This document shows, piece after piece, positions 18,826 to 28,324 of a DNA stretch of 64,000 bases. The position numbers and the translations under genes are program-made. The stretch spans positions 46,469-110,468 of the forward strand of contig JAYOTF010000005.1 of the NCBI GenBank assembly GCA_038150265.1. The letters run 5' to 3'. Under the pieces are notes generated by a model. That model was given only the letters and a program-made list of their open reading frames with translations, did no database searches and was not told the origin of the DNA. The stretch is from Deltaproteobacteria bacterium. GTDB taxonomy: Bacteria > SAR324 > NAC60-12. The first letter of the stretch is position 1. The number at the start of each line of letters is the position of its first letter.

Positions 18826-19788
18826 TCAGGCAAGCGCACGCGCCTGCTGCCGCTGGGGGTCCAGGACCCGAAACGCCTGACGCTGGCGCGCCTGGAACTG
18901 CTTCGGGGTGACGCCCTTGATGCTCTTGAAGAGGTTGATGAAGTAGCTCACTGAGGTGAAGCCCATCATGAAGCAGACCTCTGTGACCGAGTGGTCCGGG
19001 TGCTGCAGCAACTGACAGGCGCGGTCGATGCGGAGCTGGTTGATGTACTGAACGGGCGTGAAGCCGAATTCATTCTTGAAGCACCGGAAGAGGTTGGTCT
19101 TGCTCATCCCTGCGTGCTTGGCCAGTTCCTCAATGGAAATGGCGCGGTGCAGGTTCTTCTTGATGAACTCAGCCGCCTCGGAGAGGCTGTGACAGGGTGC
19201 ATGCTGGCTACTGTTCCAGAGCCACCTCGACGAGGCATCAAACTGCAGCATCCGGATCACCAGCTCCATGACCTTGACGTCAATGAGCTTGTCCCGAAGC
19301 GGGTGATTTTCGGTGAACACGGTCACCAGGTTGGCCACAATGCCTTCAATCTGGACCGAGTTGCGAAAGTGGTACTGGTTGTTCGGGTCGTAGCGCCACT
19401 CTCCCGATTCCTCTGCCCGAGGCATCTGCTCATTCATCCGTCCCACAATCTGCTGGACCTTCTGGGTGTCGATCTCCACCGTCAGGCACTTGGTCGGTTG
19501 CTCCAGCTGAGCTTCCGGGAAATCGATGTGGATTTCCTCACCGGGAGGCACCACCAGAGACTCTCCGGGCAAAAAGTCGAAGAGTGGATAGCTTTTGAAG
19601 TGGATGACCTTGCGGCCTGTGACCATGCCGCAGTACAGAGGATTGGAAGAACTGAGCGCGACCCGCTCGGCACGCTGGTAGGTGTCATAGACCGAAAACT
19701 CCGTGTCTTCGCCTCCGAAGACGGTCCGGTTCTCGATCAACTTCAACGGTTTGTGGGTCCGCTGGATGCGCTGAAGTTGTTGTTCCAT
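18826..19788 (-). CDS. AraC-family transcriptional regulator
   Basis: Start MEQQLQ at 19788 with GGAGGTG RBS. C-terminal AraC HTH (AGMSKTNLFRCFKNEFGFTPVQYINQLRIDRACQLL). Confidence 0.9.
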   Translation of the reverse strand: MEQQLQRIQRTHKPLKLIENRTVFGGEDTEFSVYDTYQRAERVALSSSNPLYCGMVTGRKVIHFKSYPLFDFLPGESLVVPPGEEIHIDFPEAQLEQPTKCLTVEIDTQKVQQIVGRMNEQMPRAEESGEWRYDPNNQYHFRNSVQIEGIVANLVTVFTENHPLRDKLIDVKVMELVIRMLQFDASSRWLWNSSQHAPCHSLSEAAEFIKKNLHRAISIEELAKHAGMSKTNLFRCFKNEFGFTPVQYINQLRIDRACQLLQHPDHSVTEVCFMMGFTSVSYFINLFKSIKGVTPKQFQARQRQAFRVLDPQRQQARALA

Positions 19789-20053
19789 GTACACCTCCGT
19801 GACCTTCCCAAGTGCGGGCCCCATGCCACTCACTTGGCGTCGGACACACTAGTGACTCGCCCTCGTCATGTCAAGCCGAACCCCCACCAGAGTCCCTATA
19901 TTTTTCCCAGCCGCCGTCGCCATTTCGCTTCCGCATTTTCCTCCTCTTTCCTACACTCTTTTTCCTGGTTCTCACGTAGGGAACCTCCTTCAGGCATTTC
20001 TGGTCGGAGCCTGGTGTTTGGAGGCCTTCCCCCATCCTCATCCTGGAGCCTGT

Positions 20054-20701
20054 GTGTCAACAACACTTGTGATTGGAAACAAAAACTACTCCTCCTGGTC
20101 TCTGCGCCCCTGGCTGTTCCTCCGGCACTTTGAGGTCCCCTTTGCCGAAGTGCGGATTCCTCTGGATGAGCCGGAAACGGCGAGGCGCATCCGGGAGTAC
20201 AGTGCCGCGGGGAAGGTTCCGGTGCTGCTGCATGACGGGCGGACGGTCTGGGAGTCGCTGGCGATTCTGGAGTACAGCAATGAGCAGTGGGACCTGAAGG
20301 GGCTGCCCGAGGCTCCGGAGGCTCGGGCGGTGTGCCGCTCGGTGTGTGCCGAAATGCACAGCGGCTTCTCAGCCCTCCGGAATGCGCTCCCCATGAATTG
20401 CCGCCGAAGAGTCCCCGATTTCGCGCTCCCTGAAGCCGTGCAGCAGGACGTGACGCGCATTCAGCAGGTCTGGCAGGAGTGTCGGGACGCCTTCGGGAGT
20501 GCTGGGCCGTGGCTGTTTGGCACCTTCAGCATGGCAGATGCGATGTTTGCGCCTGTGGCCTCACGCTTTCAGACGTATGGCGTCGCACTGGAAAATGAGG
20601 CAAGGCGGTACGTCGAGACGGTGCTGGGACACCCGGCGATGCAGGAGTGGGAGGCTGCCGCGCAGGCAGAGTCTGAGGTGGTTGAGGCAGAAGAGGTCTG
20701 A
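20054..20701 (+). CDS. Glutathione S-transferase family protein
   Basis: GTG start giving (M)STTLVIGNKNYSSWSLRPW. GST N- and C-terminal folds. Longer ORF from 19868 judged unlikely. Confidence 0.75.
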   Translation: MSTTLVIGNKNYSSWSLRPWLFLRHFEVPFAEVRIPLDEPETARRIREYSAAGKVPVLLHDGRTVWESLAILEYSNEQWDLKGLPEAPEARAVCRSVCAEMHSGFSALRNALPMNCRRRVPDFALPEAVQQDVTRIQQVWQECRDAFGSAGPWLFGTFSMADAMFAPVASRFQTYGVALENEARRYVETVLGHPAMQEWEAAAQAESEVVEAEEV

Positions 20702-20744
20702 GGGAGGAAACTGAAGAACCGCCACCGTCTGTGCCCACGGCGGA
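20702..20744 (-). terminator. Possible terminator hairpin between convergent GST and OM-protein genes
   Basis: CCGCCACCGTCTGTGCCCACGGCGG GC-rich hairpin. Minus-strand tail UUCUUCAGUUUCC. Confidence 0.3.
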
Positions 20745-20768
20745 GGCTCCTCAGTTGAAGCGGCTCGG

Positions 20769-21392
20769 TTACTTGAACAGGTAGCCGAAACCAATGGAGG
20801 TTACCGAAAACTTCGCGTCGTAGGTATCTCCAGGAGTTCCAGTAAAGATGTCGCTGGTCTCAACTTCGACGTCGAAGCTTCTCTGTCCCAGCATCAACTC
20901 CCAATTTTCCCCAACGACAATGCCGAGGTTCACGAAGTAGGACTGGTTGCGCTTGGACGTGCTCTCATAAAGGGCAGCATAGTCGGTACCGTTGATTTGG
21001 TAGGTATCGAGGGACGCATCGCCGAACACGGTCATGCCCAGGGTGAGGTTGACGCTCTCTCCCAACGTGTAGGAAACATCCAACCCACCCCCAGAGACGG
21101 CGATTTCGCTCGTCGTCAACTCTTGGGTAATTCTGACCGTACCGGAGCCAACTCCGAGACCAATTCCATTGGCAAAGACAAAGGACAACTCTGCTCCACT
21201 CGTACTCGTGTCCCAACCGGTGACCTGGGTCAGGTCCGTGGTGTTGCCGGAAGTGTCTGTCTGATTGTACTCAGTGGCCGTTCCGGCTCCGAGCAGCAGC
21301 CGGAACCGTGAGTTGTCGACCGCAAAGGCGGTGCTGGCAAACAGTGTTGCCACACCCAAGGCCGCCAGTGCTTTCAGGCCTCTTGATTTCAT
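20769..21392 (-). CDS. Outer-membrane beta-barrel protein (small porin/OmpW-like architecture)
   Basis: Signal peptide MKSRGLKALAALGVATLFASTAFA. Alternating-hydrophobic beta-strand pattern. C-terminal aromatic GFGYLFK. Confidence 0.6.
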   Translation of the reverse strand: MKSRGLKALAALGVATLFASTAFAVDNSRFRLLLGAGTATEYNQTDTSGNTTDLTQVTGWDTSTSGAELSFVFANGIGLGVGSGTVRITQELTTSEIAVSGGGLDVSYTLGESVNLTLGMTVFGDASLDTYQINGTDYAALYESTSKRNQSYFVNLGIVVGENWELMLGQRSFDVEVETSDIFTGTPGDTYDAKFSVTSIGFGYLFK

Positions 21393-21556
21393 AAGCTTCT
21401 CCTGATTGAGAAATCTGTTGCAAACTCCGTAGAGCTGTCACTGGAATCCAGTTGATTGAAGGTGCGTCCATGCCCTTTGCGTATCGGCAGACTGTCAGAA
21501 AACTTGAGCGGATTTCGGGGGGAGAAGCGGGGAGTGCGCGAGGGGAAGGCAGGGAA

Positions 21557-21577
21557 GAGGAGCCGGGAGGGCTCCTC
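21557..21577 (-). terminator. Terminator-like hairpin downstream of the thioredoxin-like gene
   Basis: GAGGAGCC-gggag-GGCTCCTC 8-bp stem followed on minus strand by a U/C-rich tract. Confidence 0.3.
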
Positions 21578-21589
21578 AGGAAAGGGGGA

Positions 21590-22615
21590 TTATTGTCCGG
21601 ATGCCTCGCGGAGCCGGGCGGAGCGTTCGTCGATGTAGCGCTGGAATTCCGGCTGCGTCGTGTAGGCTTCGTTGAGGACGTACTCAAGAGCAGTTTGGAC
21701 GTGGAAGCCGCGTAGGTAGCTGTCCATCCGGAAGGTCTCTTCCTGCGAGCCCTGAGCGTAGAGCAAAATGGTGGGGAAGTAGTTCAGGCTGAGGGAATCC
21801 ACCCATTTTCGGACGGTTGTTTTTTGTCCGTCAGGGAGCGTGATGGCGTCATCGGAGAGCGCGTCAAAGCGGACCGCGTGATAATTTTTCAGGAACTCGT
21901 GGGTGCCTTTTTGGCTGAAGGCCCCTTGCTGCATGCGCAAGCAGTCCTCACAGCTCCGGGTTTCCAGAAAGACCGCAAGGGGCTTGTCTCCAACCAGGGT
22001 GTCGAGCGCGGTAGTCTGTTCGAAAAAAGGCTGGGGGTAGAGTTCTCCCTCAGGGCGTCGGTACTCCGCCAGCGCGTCTTCCGAGACCCCTGCGGTCTGA
22101 GCGAGCAGGCGGAGGAAGGGCTTGGGCGGGCGGTAGCCGTTGATGCGCAGCTTGGGGTTTTCCAGGTCGGGCGTATCGAGGATGAGGATGGTCGGCGTGT
22201 ACTGAACCTTGAGGTGAATCGCAAAGTCCTTCTCGCTCATGGTGCTTCCATCCGGAAGCGTCACCTCACGGTCGCCCCGCAGGTTGAAGGAGACCACGTC
22301 GAAGTGCTCCTGCACAAAGTCTCGAATGTCCGGGGCCGACAGATTCTTCTGGGCCATGGCCATGCAGTACGGACACCCTTCCTGCCAGAAGTACAGCATC
22401 AGCTGCTTGTCGGATTCCACCGCCTCAGCGACGTCTTCATCGACAATCAAGAAGCTGTCTTTGAACCAGTAGGGGTTTTCAAAGGCGGAACCCACGCCTC
22501 CCTGGATGAACTCATCCTGGTTGCCCGATTGGGCACTGGAGAGAGCAGGCAGCCCGAGGAGGAACAGGCCCCCCAGAAGCCAATGAGGCCACTTGAGCGA
22601 TGCTGAGAAGATCAT
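21590..22615 (-). CDS. Periplasmic thioredoxin-fold protein with two Trx-like domains
   Basis: Signal peptide MIFSASLKWPHWLLGGLFLLGLPALSSA. CxxC motifs CPYC and CEDC. Start could alternatively be 22657. Confidence 0.75.
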   Translation of the reverse strand: MIFSASLKWPHWLLGGLFLLGLPALSSAQSGNQDEFIQGGVGSAFENPYWFKDSFLIVDEDVAEAVESDKQLMLYFWQEGCPYCMAMAQKNLSAPDIRDFVQEHFDVVSFNLRGDREVTLPDGSTMSEKDFAIHLKVQYTPTILILDTPDLENPKLRINGYRPPKPFLRLLAQTAGVSEDALAEYRRPEGELYPQPFFEQTTALDTLVGDKPLAVFLETRSCEDCLRMQQGAFSQKGTHEFLKNYHAVRFDALSDDAITLPDGQKTTVRKWVDSLSLNYFPTILLYAQGSQEETFRMDSYLRGFHVQTALEYVLNEAYTTQPEFQRYIDERSARLREASGQ

Positions 22616-23104
22616 GATCGAAAACTCCAATCTCAGAGGAAAATCAGGCGGACGCACCGCCGACTAAACGGGAAGAGCCTCCAAGATTTCAAGGTTTTCG
22701 TGGGGTTGTCAATGAAAAAGCGCCAAGGGCGTCAGGAAGGATTCATGAGGAGGGAGGCTCCGGAAGGGAGCCAAGAGGGCCTTCCGGAGGGGTGAGCGAT
22801 CAATGCTGCTCTTGGGTGCCGTGGGTCTGCTTCCACGCAAGGTAAGCCGCTTGTGCGTCATAGGCGTTGCGGTACTCGGTGCGGAAGTAGTTCTTCATCG
22901 CCAGTTCGTTGTTTCGGGTAGGGCTCAGCCAGTTCAGAATTTTCATTGTGTGATCTCAGATTTGAGTGTCCCGACATCCCTCGGGAAGGAAGAGCCAAAC
23001 CAATTGGCCCTTGTTACTAAATCAATTTAGCGCTGGTTTTATACAAACTCAAACCTGTTTTTGTAACAATAGTTGCTTTTATTTGGAATGAAACGAATGG
23101 GAGG

Positions 23105-23141
23105 CGCCTTCTCCGGAGGCAGCTCTTCAAGGCGCCAAACG
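23105..23141 (-). terminator. Hairpin GGCGCCTT-N18-AAGGCGCC immediately downstream of the SDR gene
   Basis: 8-bp perfect stem. Imperfect U-tract on minus strand (UUCGUUUCAUUCC). Confidence 0.35.
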
Positions 23142-23158
23142 GTGGAAAGTGGCTCCCT

Positions 23159-23932
23159 TCAGGGCTCAATGCGTTGGCCGTCCCAGGCGAAGCAGGCGCC
23201 GCTGTCTTCAGGAGTCAGCCCAGCCAGAACCTGATACTGCTGCGCAACAGAAAATTCCGGGGTGAACAGCCCTCCTTCGGGAACCAGCGTCTGAAACGGC
23301 TGGGAAAGCGCGCTGTCCACGGTTCCGGGGTGAAGGCCGACGACGATCGCTTTCCTGGAGCGCCGTCGGATTTCAATGGAAGCCGTTCGGATGAGCATGT
23401 TGAGCGCGGCTTTGGACGCCCGGTAGGCATACCAGCCTCCAAGCCGGTTATCGGAGATGCTGCCGATGCGAGCAGACAGGGCGGCGACGAGGCTCCTTTC
23501 GTTTCGAGGCATCAGCGGAACAAAGTGCTTGAGCACCAGCAGGGGACCGATGGTGTTGACGCGAAAGACCTCCTCCAGCGCCGCTGGATTCACCTCCTTC
23601 AGGCTCCGTTCCGGATGCAATTCTGACCCCTGGTGCAAGATGCCGGTGGCAATGATCAGGCAGTGAAGGGGGCCTTCGATCTGGGCAGCTGCGGCGGCGA
23701 GGCTGGCTTCGTCGGTCACCTTGAGGGAAACGGAGCGCACCTTGGGGTGCGTGAAGGCGGCGCCCGCTCGAGAACCGGCCCAGACCGCGGTGACCTGTTC
23801 ATCCTGGGCCAGCCGTTCCACCCACGCCTGCCCAATGGCTCCGGAGGCTCCAATGACGGCGGCGTGGATTCCGCCAGTGGGCGCGTCTTCCTGCGGGAAC
23901 AGGTCAGCAGGGGGATGTTCCGAAACACTCAT
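23159..23932 (-). CDS. Short-chain dehydrogenase/reductase (SDR family)
   Basis: Start MSVSEHP at 23932. GASGAIG cofactor motif. YRASK catalytic pair. Confidence 0.8.
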   Translation of the reverse strand: MSVSEHPPADLFPQEDAPTGGIHAAVIGASGAIGQAWVERLAQDEQVTAVWAGSRAGAAFTHPKVRSVSLKVTDEASLAAAAAQIEGPLHCLIIATGILHQGSELHPERSLKEVNPAALEEVFRVNTIGPLLVLKHFVPLMPRNERSLVAALSARIGSISDNRLGGWYAYRASKAALNMLIRTASIEIRRRSRKAIVVGLHPGTVDSALSQPFQTLVPEGGLFTPEFSVAQQYQVLAGLTPEDSGACFAWDGQRIEP

Positions 23933-24211
23933 GGTTGTCTCCGTTGGAAGATGAGGAAAAAAGAGCGACATGCTCAGCGGACCGAGTGGGAGCGTCTGCT
24001 GAAGCAACTCCAGGTCGTGCTTTCGTGGCCAGGAAGGCGCTGCGGAAAGCCCGAAGGAAGCACACCGCGACACGTGATTGGGGGAAAGAATCGGGGGGCT
24101 TTTTCATGTTTCTTGAAGATATGTCTTGAAACGCGATTTATTAAATCACATTTTATAGCCCTTCTTGCTTCCTGAAGAAGGAGGCTCAATTTTTCAGACT
24201 TGAGGAGAAAC

Positions 24212-25204
24212 ATGATCAAGCTCAACAAATGGCTTCGCGCTTTCCTGTTCGCCTCGGCTTCTTTGATTTGGGCCGGCACCGGAATGGCACAAGACTGCCC
24301 TCGGGGCGATCTTGACAGTCGTTTTTGTGACCGGAACGGCGACTTGGTGGCTGATGCTCCGGCAGATTCAGGAGACTGGGTCAATCCGAACACCCTGATC
24401 TTTGCGTACACTCCGGTGGAGGACCCTGCGGTCTACAAAACGGCTTGGTCGGACTTTCTCACCCACATGGAGGAGGTGACGGGCAAGAAGGTCATCTTCT
24501 TCCCGGTTCAATCGAATGCCGCTCAGATCGAGGCGATGCGTTCCGGACGGTTGCACATTGCGGGCTTCAACACGGGCTCCAACCCCTTGGCGGTCAACTG
24601 CGCGGGCTTTGTCCCGTTCACGATCATGGCCAGCCTGGACGGGCACTTTGGTTACGAGATGGAGATCATCACGTATCCCGGAAGCGGAATCAAGGAGGTG
24701 GCCGACCTCAAGGGCCGTCAATTGGCGTTCACCTCACCGACTTCGAACTCGGGCTTCAAGGCCCCGTCTGCGATCCTCAAGGCCGAGTTTGACCTGCTTC
24801 CGGACCGCGACTTTGACACGGCCTTCTCGGGAAAGCATGATAACTCAATCCTCGGGGTTGCCAACAAGGACTATGACGCCGCGTCGATTGCCAACTCCGT
24901 CAAGTCTCGCATGATCCTCCGGGAGGTCATTCAGGAAGATGACGTCATCACGATCTACAAGTCCCAGACGTTCCCGACGACCGGGTTTGGTCACGTTTAC
25001 AACCTGGATCCGACGCTGGCCGCCAAGGTGCGCGATGCCTTCTTCAGCTTTGAGTGGGACCGTCCGGATGGCACCCCAACCACACTGAAGGAAGAGTTTT
25101 CCAAGTCCAACGAGGGGCAATTCATTCCGATTACCTACCAGGAGCACTGGGCGGTCATCCGGACCATTGACAAAGCCAATGGGGTCTCCTACGCCTGCAA
25201 GTAA
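24212..25204 (+). CDS. phnD: Phosphonate ABC transporter substrate-binding protein
   Basis: ATG at 24212 with GAGGAG RBS. Signal peptide MIKLNKWLRAFLFASASLIWAGTGMA. PhnD-family sequence, followed by phnC and two phnE. Confidence 0.85.
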   Translation: MIKLNKWLRAFLFASASLIWAGTGMAQDCPRGDLDSRFCDRNGDLVADAPADSGDWVNPNTLIFAYTPVEDPAVYKTAWSDFLTHMEEVTGKKVIFFPVQSNAAQIEAMRSGRLHIAGFNTGSNPLAVNCAGFVPFTIMASLDGHFGYEMEIITYPGSGIKEVADLKGRQLAFTSPTSNSGFKAPSAILKAEFDLLPDRDFDTAFSGKHDNSILGVANKDYDAASIANSVKSRMILREVIQEDDVITIYKSQTFPTTGFGHVYNLDPTLAAKVRDAFFSFEWDRPDGTPTTLKEEFSKSNEGQFIPITYQEHWAVIRTIDKANGVSYACK

Positions 25205-25216
25205 CCTCTAAAACGA

Positions 25217-25234
25217 GTCCGCCTTCGGGCGGAC
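25217..25234 (+). promoter_or_regulatory. Intercistronic stem-loop between phnD and phnC
   Basis: GTCCGCC-TTCG-GGCGGAC: 7-bp stem with UUCG tetraloop, no U-tract. Typical SBP-distal mRNA-stabilising hairpin. Confidence 0.5.
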
Positions 25235-25249
25235 GGCCTCCAATGCTTC

Positions 25250-26059
25250 ATGCTTGAACTGAAACAACTGGTCAAACGGTACCGAACCGGAGACCAGGCC
25301 CTCAAAGGGGTCGACCTGGTGGTGCCGGCGGGCCAGGTTCTGGCCCTCATTGGCCCCTCGGGTGCCGGAAAGTCCACCCTGATCCGCTGCATCAATCGAC
25401 TGGTGGAACCCACTTCTGGCGCCGTGCTGCTCCATGGAGAGAACCTCACCCGGTTGCGTGGCAACAGCCTCCGGAAGGCCCGGCGACGCATCGGGATGAT
25501 CTTCCAGGAGTATGCGCTGGTGGAGCGCCTCAGTGTGATGGAAAACGTGCTCTCCGGGCGACTGGGGTACGTTGGGTTCTGGAACAGCTACTTCCGTCGC
25601 TTTCCTCAAACGGATGTGGACACCGCGTTTTCGCTGCTGGAACGCGTGGGGCTGGACCACATGGCAGACAAACGGGCCGACGAACTCTCCGGCGGGCAAC
25701 GGCAACGGGTGGGCATCGCCCGAGCGCTGATCCAGAATCCGGAGCTGCTCCTGGTGGATGAGCCGACGGCGAGCCTGGACCCCAAGACGTCTCGGCAGAT
25801 CATGCGCCTGATCACGGAGCTGTGTACCGAGCGGAAGCTGGCGGCGATCATCAACATCCATGACGTGGCGCTGGCACAGATGTTTTCGGAACGCATCGTC
25901 GGGCTTCAGGCCGGAGCCGTGGTGTACGATGGCTCGCCCGATGGACTGGTTCCGGAGGTGCTGACCCAGATCTATGGAGAAGAGGACTGGACCGCCGTCC
26001 GGAAGAAGAAGGCCGCAGCGGCTGCCGCGGATCCCAATGAGCTGGAGGATCAACTGTGA
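25250..26059 (+). CDS. phnC: Phosphonate ABC transporter ATP-binding protein
   Basis: [43 protein letters not shown]. Walker A/B. PhnC-type N-terminus. Confidence 0.9.
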   Translation: MLELKQLVKRYRTGDQALKGVDLVVPAGQVLALIGPSGAGKSTLIRCINRLVEPTSGAVLLHGENLTRLRGNSLRKARRRIGMIFQEYALVERLSVMENVLSGRLGYVGFWNSYFRRFPQTDVDTAFSLLERVGLDHMADKRADELSGGQRQRVGIARALIQNPELLLVDEPTASLDPKTSRQIMRLITELCTERKLAAIINIHDVALAQMFSERIVGLQAGAVVYDGSPDGLVPEVLTQIYGEEDWTAVRKKKAAAAAADPNELEDQL

Positions 26060-26850
26060 CCGCCTCACGTACGTGGAAGCGCAAGCCCCTGATTGAGAAT
26101 CCGACGCTGCGGTGGAGCCTGCTGCTGGGCACAGCGCTTTACCTGGTCCTGGCCGTGGGCTCGGTGGAGGTCAACTGGACCCGTGTTTACGAAGGCCTGG
26201 ACCGTGGGGCGAAGTTTCTGACCGCATTTGCCCAGCCCAACTTCTCGGGACGCTGGCAGGACATTTCGGAGGGGCTGCTGGAGAGTCTGGTCATGACGGT
26301 GGTCTCCACCGGAATTGGCATTGTGATCTCGCTGCCCATTGCCTTGGGAGCATCCCGGAACCTGGCGCCGTTGCCCATTTACCTGCTGTGCCGGTCGATC
26401 ATCACGCTGTCCCGGACCTTTCAGGAGGTGATCATTGCGATCCTCTTTGTGGCCATCTTCGGGTTTGGGCCCTTTGCGGGGGTGCTGACGATTTCGTTTG
26501 CGACCATTGGCTTCCTGGCCAAGTTGCTGGCGGAGGCAATTGAGAACATTGAGGCGAGTCAGGCCGAGGCCATCCGTTCAACGGGGGCCCGCTGGTGGCA
26601 GTGGCTGAATTATGGCATCCAGCCACAGGTGATGCCGCGCTTCATTGGCCTGTCTCTCTACCGTCTGGACATCAACTTCCGCGAGTCGGCCGTGGTCGGG
26701 CTCGTGGGGGCCGGAGGCATTGGAGCCACGCTCAACACCGCCTTTGACCGCTACGAGTTTGACACCGCAGCGGCGATTCTGATTCTGATCATTGGCATTG
26801 TGATGTTCGCCGAGTACTCGTCCAGTGCCATTCGCAAGCGGGTGCAGTGA
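26056..26850 (+). CDS. phnE: Phosphonate ABC transporter permease
   Basis: PhnE-type permease, 4-nt overlap with phnC. Confidence 0.85.
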   Translation: MTASRTWKRKPLIENPTLRWSLLLGTALYLVLAVGSVEVNWTRVYEGLDRGAKFLTAFAQPNFSGRWQDISEGLLESLVMTVVSTGIGIVISLPIALGASRNLAPLPIYLLCRSIITLSRTFQEVIIAILFVAIFGFGPFAGVLTISFATIGFLAKLLAEAIENIEASQAEAIRSTGARWWQWLNYGIQPQVMPRFIGLSLYRLDINFRESAVVGLVGAGGIGATLNTAFDRYEFDTAAAILILIIGIVMFAEYSSSAIRKRVQ

Positions 26851-27665
26851 TGCCAGTTGAACTCAAGGGAACTACCCAGGTCTGGAAGTACCGGAACCGC
26901 AAGGAGCAGCTCACCAGCTGGGCGCTCTGGTTCTTCGGCACGCTGCTGTTTCTCTGGTGCTGGCAGCTCGTCTCTGAAAAAACGGAGTGGTTCTTTGTCC
27001 TGGATGCTCCGAACATTGCGGCAGACATTGGGTCGCGGATGCTGCCTCCGCGCTGGAGCTACCTGGATCAGCTCTGGGAGCCGCTTTGGGACACCCTGAA
27101 CATCGCCACGCTGGGAACGCTGCTGTCGCTCGTCCTGGCGGTTCCGGTGGCGTTTCTGGCCGCTCGGAACACGTCTCCGAGTCCCACGCTGCTGCGTCCG
27201 GTGGCCTTGCTGATCATTGTCTCCTCGCGTTCCATCAACTCCCTGATCTGGTCGCTGCTGCTGGTCTCCATTCTGGGGCCGGGTGTGCTGGCAGGGATCA
27301 TTGCGATTGCCCTGCGCTCCATTGGCTTTGTCGCCAAGCTGCTGTACGAGGCGATTGAGGAGATTGATGAGTCGCAGGTGGAAGCGATCACCTCAACCGG
27401 AGCCGGCCGTTCGCAGGTCATTGCCTTCGGAATTGTGCCCCAGATCCTTCCGACCTTCGTGGGCGTGTCGGTGTTCCGCTGGGACATCAACATTCGTGAG
27501 TCCACGGTGCTGGGGCTGGTTGGAGCCGGAGGCATCGGCTTGCAGCTTCAGGCGTCCCTGAACGTGCTGGCGTGGCCTCAGGTGACCCTGATCCTCTTGA
27601 GCATTCTCCTGACTGTGGTGCTCAGCGAATGGCTTTCGGCAAAAGCCCGCCACGCGATCATCTGA
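26847..27665 (+). CDS. phnE: Phosphonate ABC transporter permease (second PhnE)
   Basis: Paralogous to the preceding permease. 4-nt overlap. Confidence 0.85.
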   Translation: MMPVELKGTTQVWKYRNRKEQLTSWALWFFGTLLFLWCWQLVSEKTEWFFVLDAPNIAADIGSRMLPPRWSYLDQLWEPLWDTLNIATLGTLLSLVLAVPVAFLAARNTSPSPTLLRPVALLIIVSSRSINSLIWSLLLVSILGPGVLAGIIAIALRSIGFVAKLLYEAIEEIDESQVEAITSTGAGRSQVIAFGIVPQILPTFVGVSVFRWDINIRESTVLGLVGAGGIGLQLQASLNVLAWPQVTLILLSILLTVVLSEWLSAKARHAII

Positions 27666-27668
27666 CCC

Positions 27669-28322
27669 ATGCAGGCCTTCTCCCTCTTCCGGAAGCAGCG
27701 ACACGTTGAGGACCTGCTGCAGCACCTGCTCCGCAGCCTCGAAGACCTCGCCCTGAACTTTCGGGAGGCGATGGCGGACTACCTCAACGTCCAGCTGGAC
27801 TCGTGTCAGCAGCGCGCCCAAGAGGTGGATCGGCTGGAGTCGGAGCTGGATGAACTGCACCGCAAGATTCAGCTGCTGCTGCTCCGGGAGGCGCTGATGC
27901 CCGACTCCCGGGACGACGTGTTGCGGCTGCTGACGAAGCTGGATCGCATTCCCGGGCAGTGTCGGCATTCCCTGAAGGAGGTCCTGCTGGAACGCCCCCC
28001 CCTGCCTCCGGACTTTCAAGTGCCGTTGCTCCGGCTACTTGACAAGACGCACGCCAGCATCCGGGCCCTCAGCGCAACCATTGATGCCCTTTTTTCGGAC
28101 TTGCGGTCGGTCCGCCGGAATGCCGAGGAGGTGGCCCGTCAGGAAAGTGAAGTGGACCGGGTGGAGCAGGAGCTGCTGCAGCGCGTCTTTCAGGATGAGA
28201 CCCTGGAGCTGGCCCGGCAGTTTCAGTACAAGTCCTTCTTGCAGCGGCTGGGGGGCATTTCGGATCTGGCGGAAGACGTTGCCGATGAGGCGCTGCTGGT
28301 TGCCACCAAGCGACTCGCCTGA
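27669..28322 (+). CDS. DUF47 (TIGR00153) PhoU-like phosphate-transport regulator-related protein
   Basis: Helical 217-aa protein directly after phnE. DUF47 proteins usually pair with PiT transporters. Confidence 0.65.
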   Translation: MQAFSLFRKQRHVEDLLQHLLRSLEDLALNFREAMADYLNVQLDSCQQRAQEVDRLESELDELHRKIQLLLLREALMPDSRDDVLRLLTKLDRIPGQCRHSLKEVLLERPPLPPDFQVPLLRLLDKTHASIRALSATIDALFSDLRSVRRNAEEVARQESEVDRVEQELLQRVFQDETLELARQFQYKSFLQRLGGISDLAEDVADEALLVATKRLA

Positions 28323-28324
28323 GG

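Noticed and set aside
22960-23010. GGGAAGGAAGAGCCAA segment resembling the SRP RNA domain IV motif (GGAAGGAAGCAGCCAAGG), near ffh elsewhere in the window
   Set aside because: Flanking sequence does not form the conserved helix 8 symmetric/asymmetric loops or the 5' AGGUCAGGUCC strand. Only a short CCCGA-N6-TCGGG hairpin is present.
22803-23030. 75-aa plus-strand ORF in the AT-rich gap
   Set aside because: No RBS, no homology-like features, atypical composition. The minus-strand 48-aa ORF in the same region looks more gene-like.
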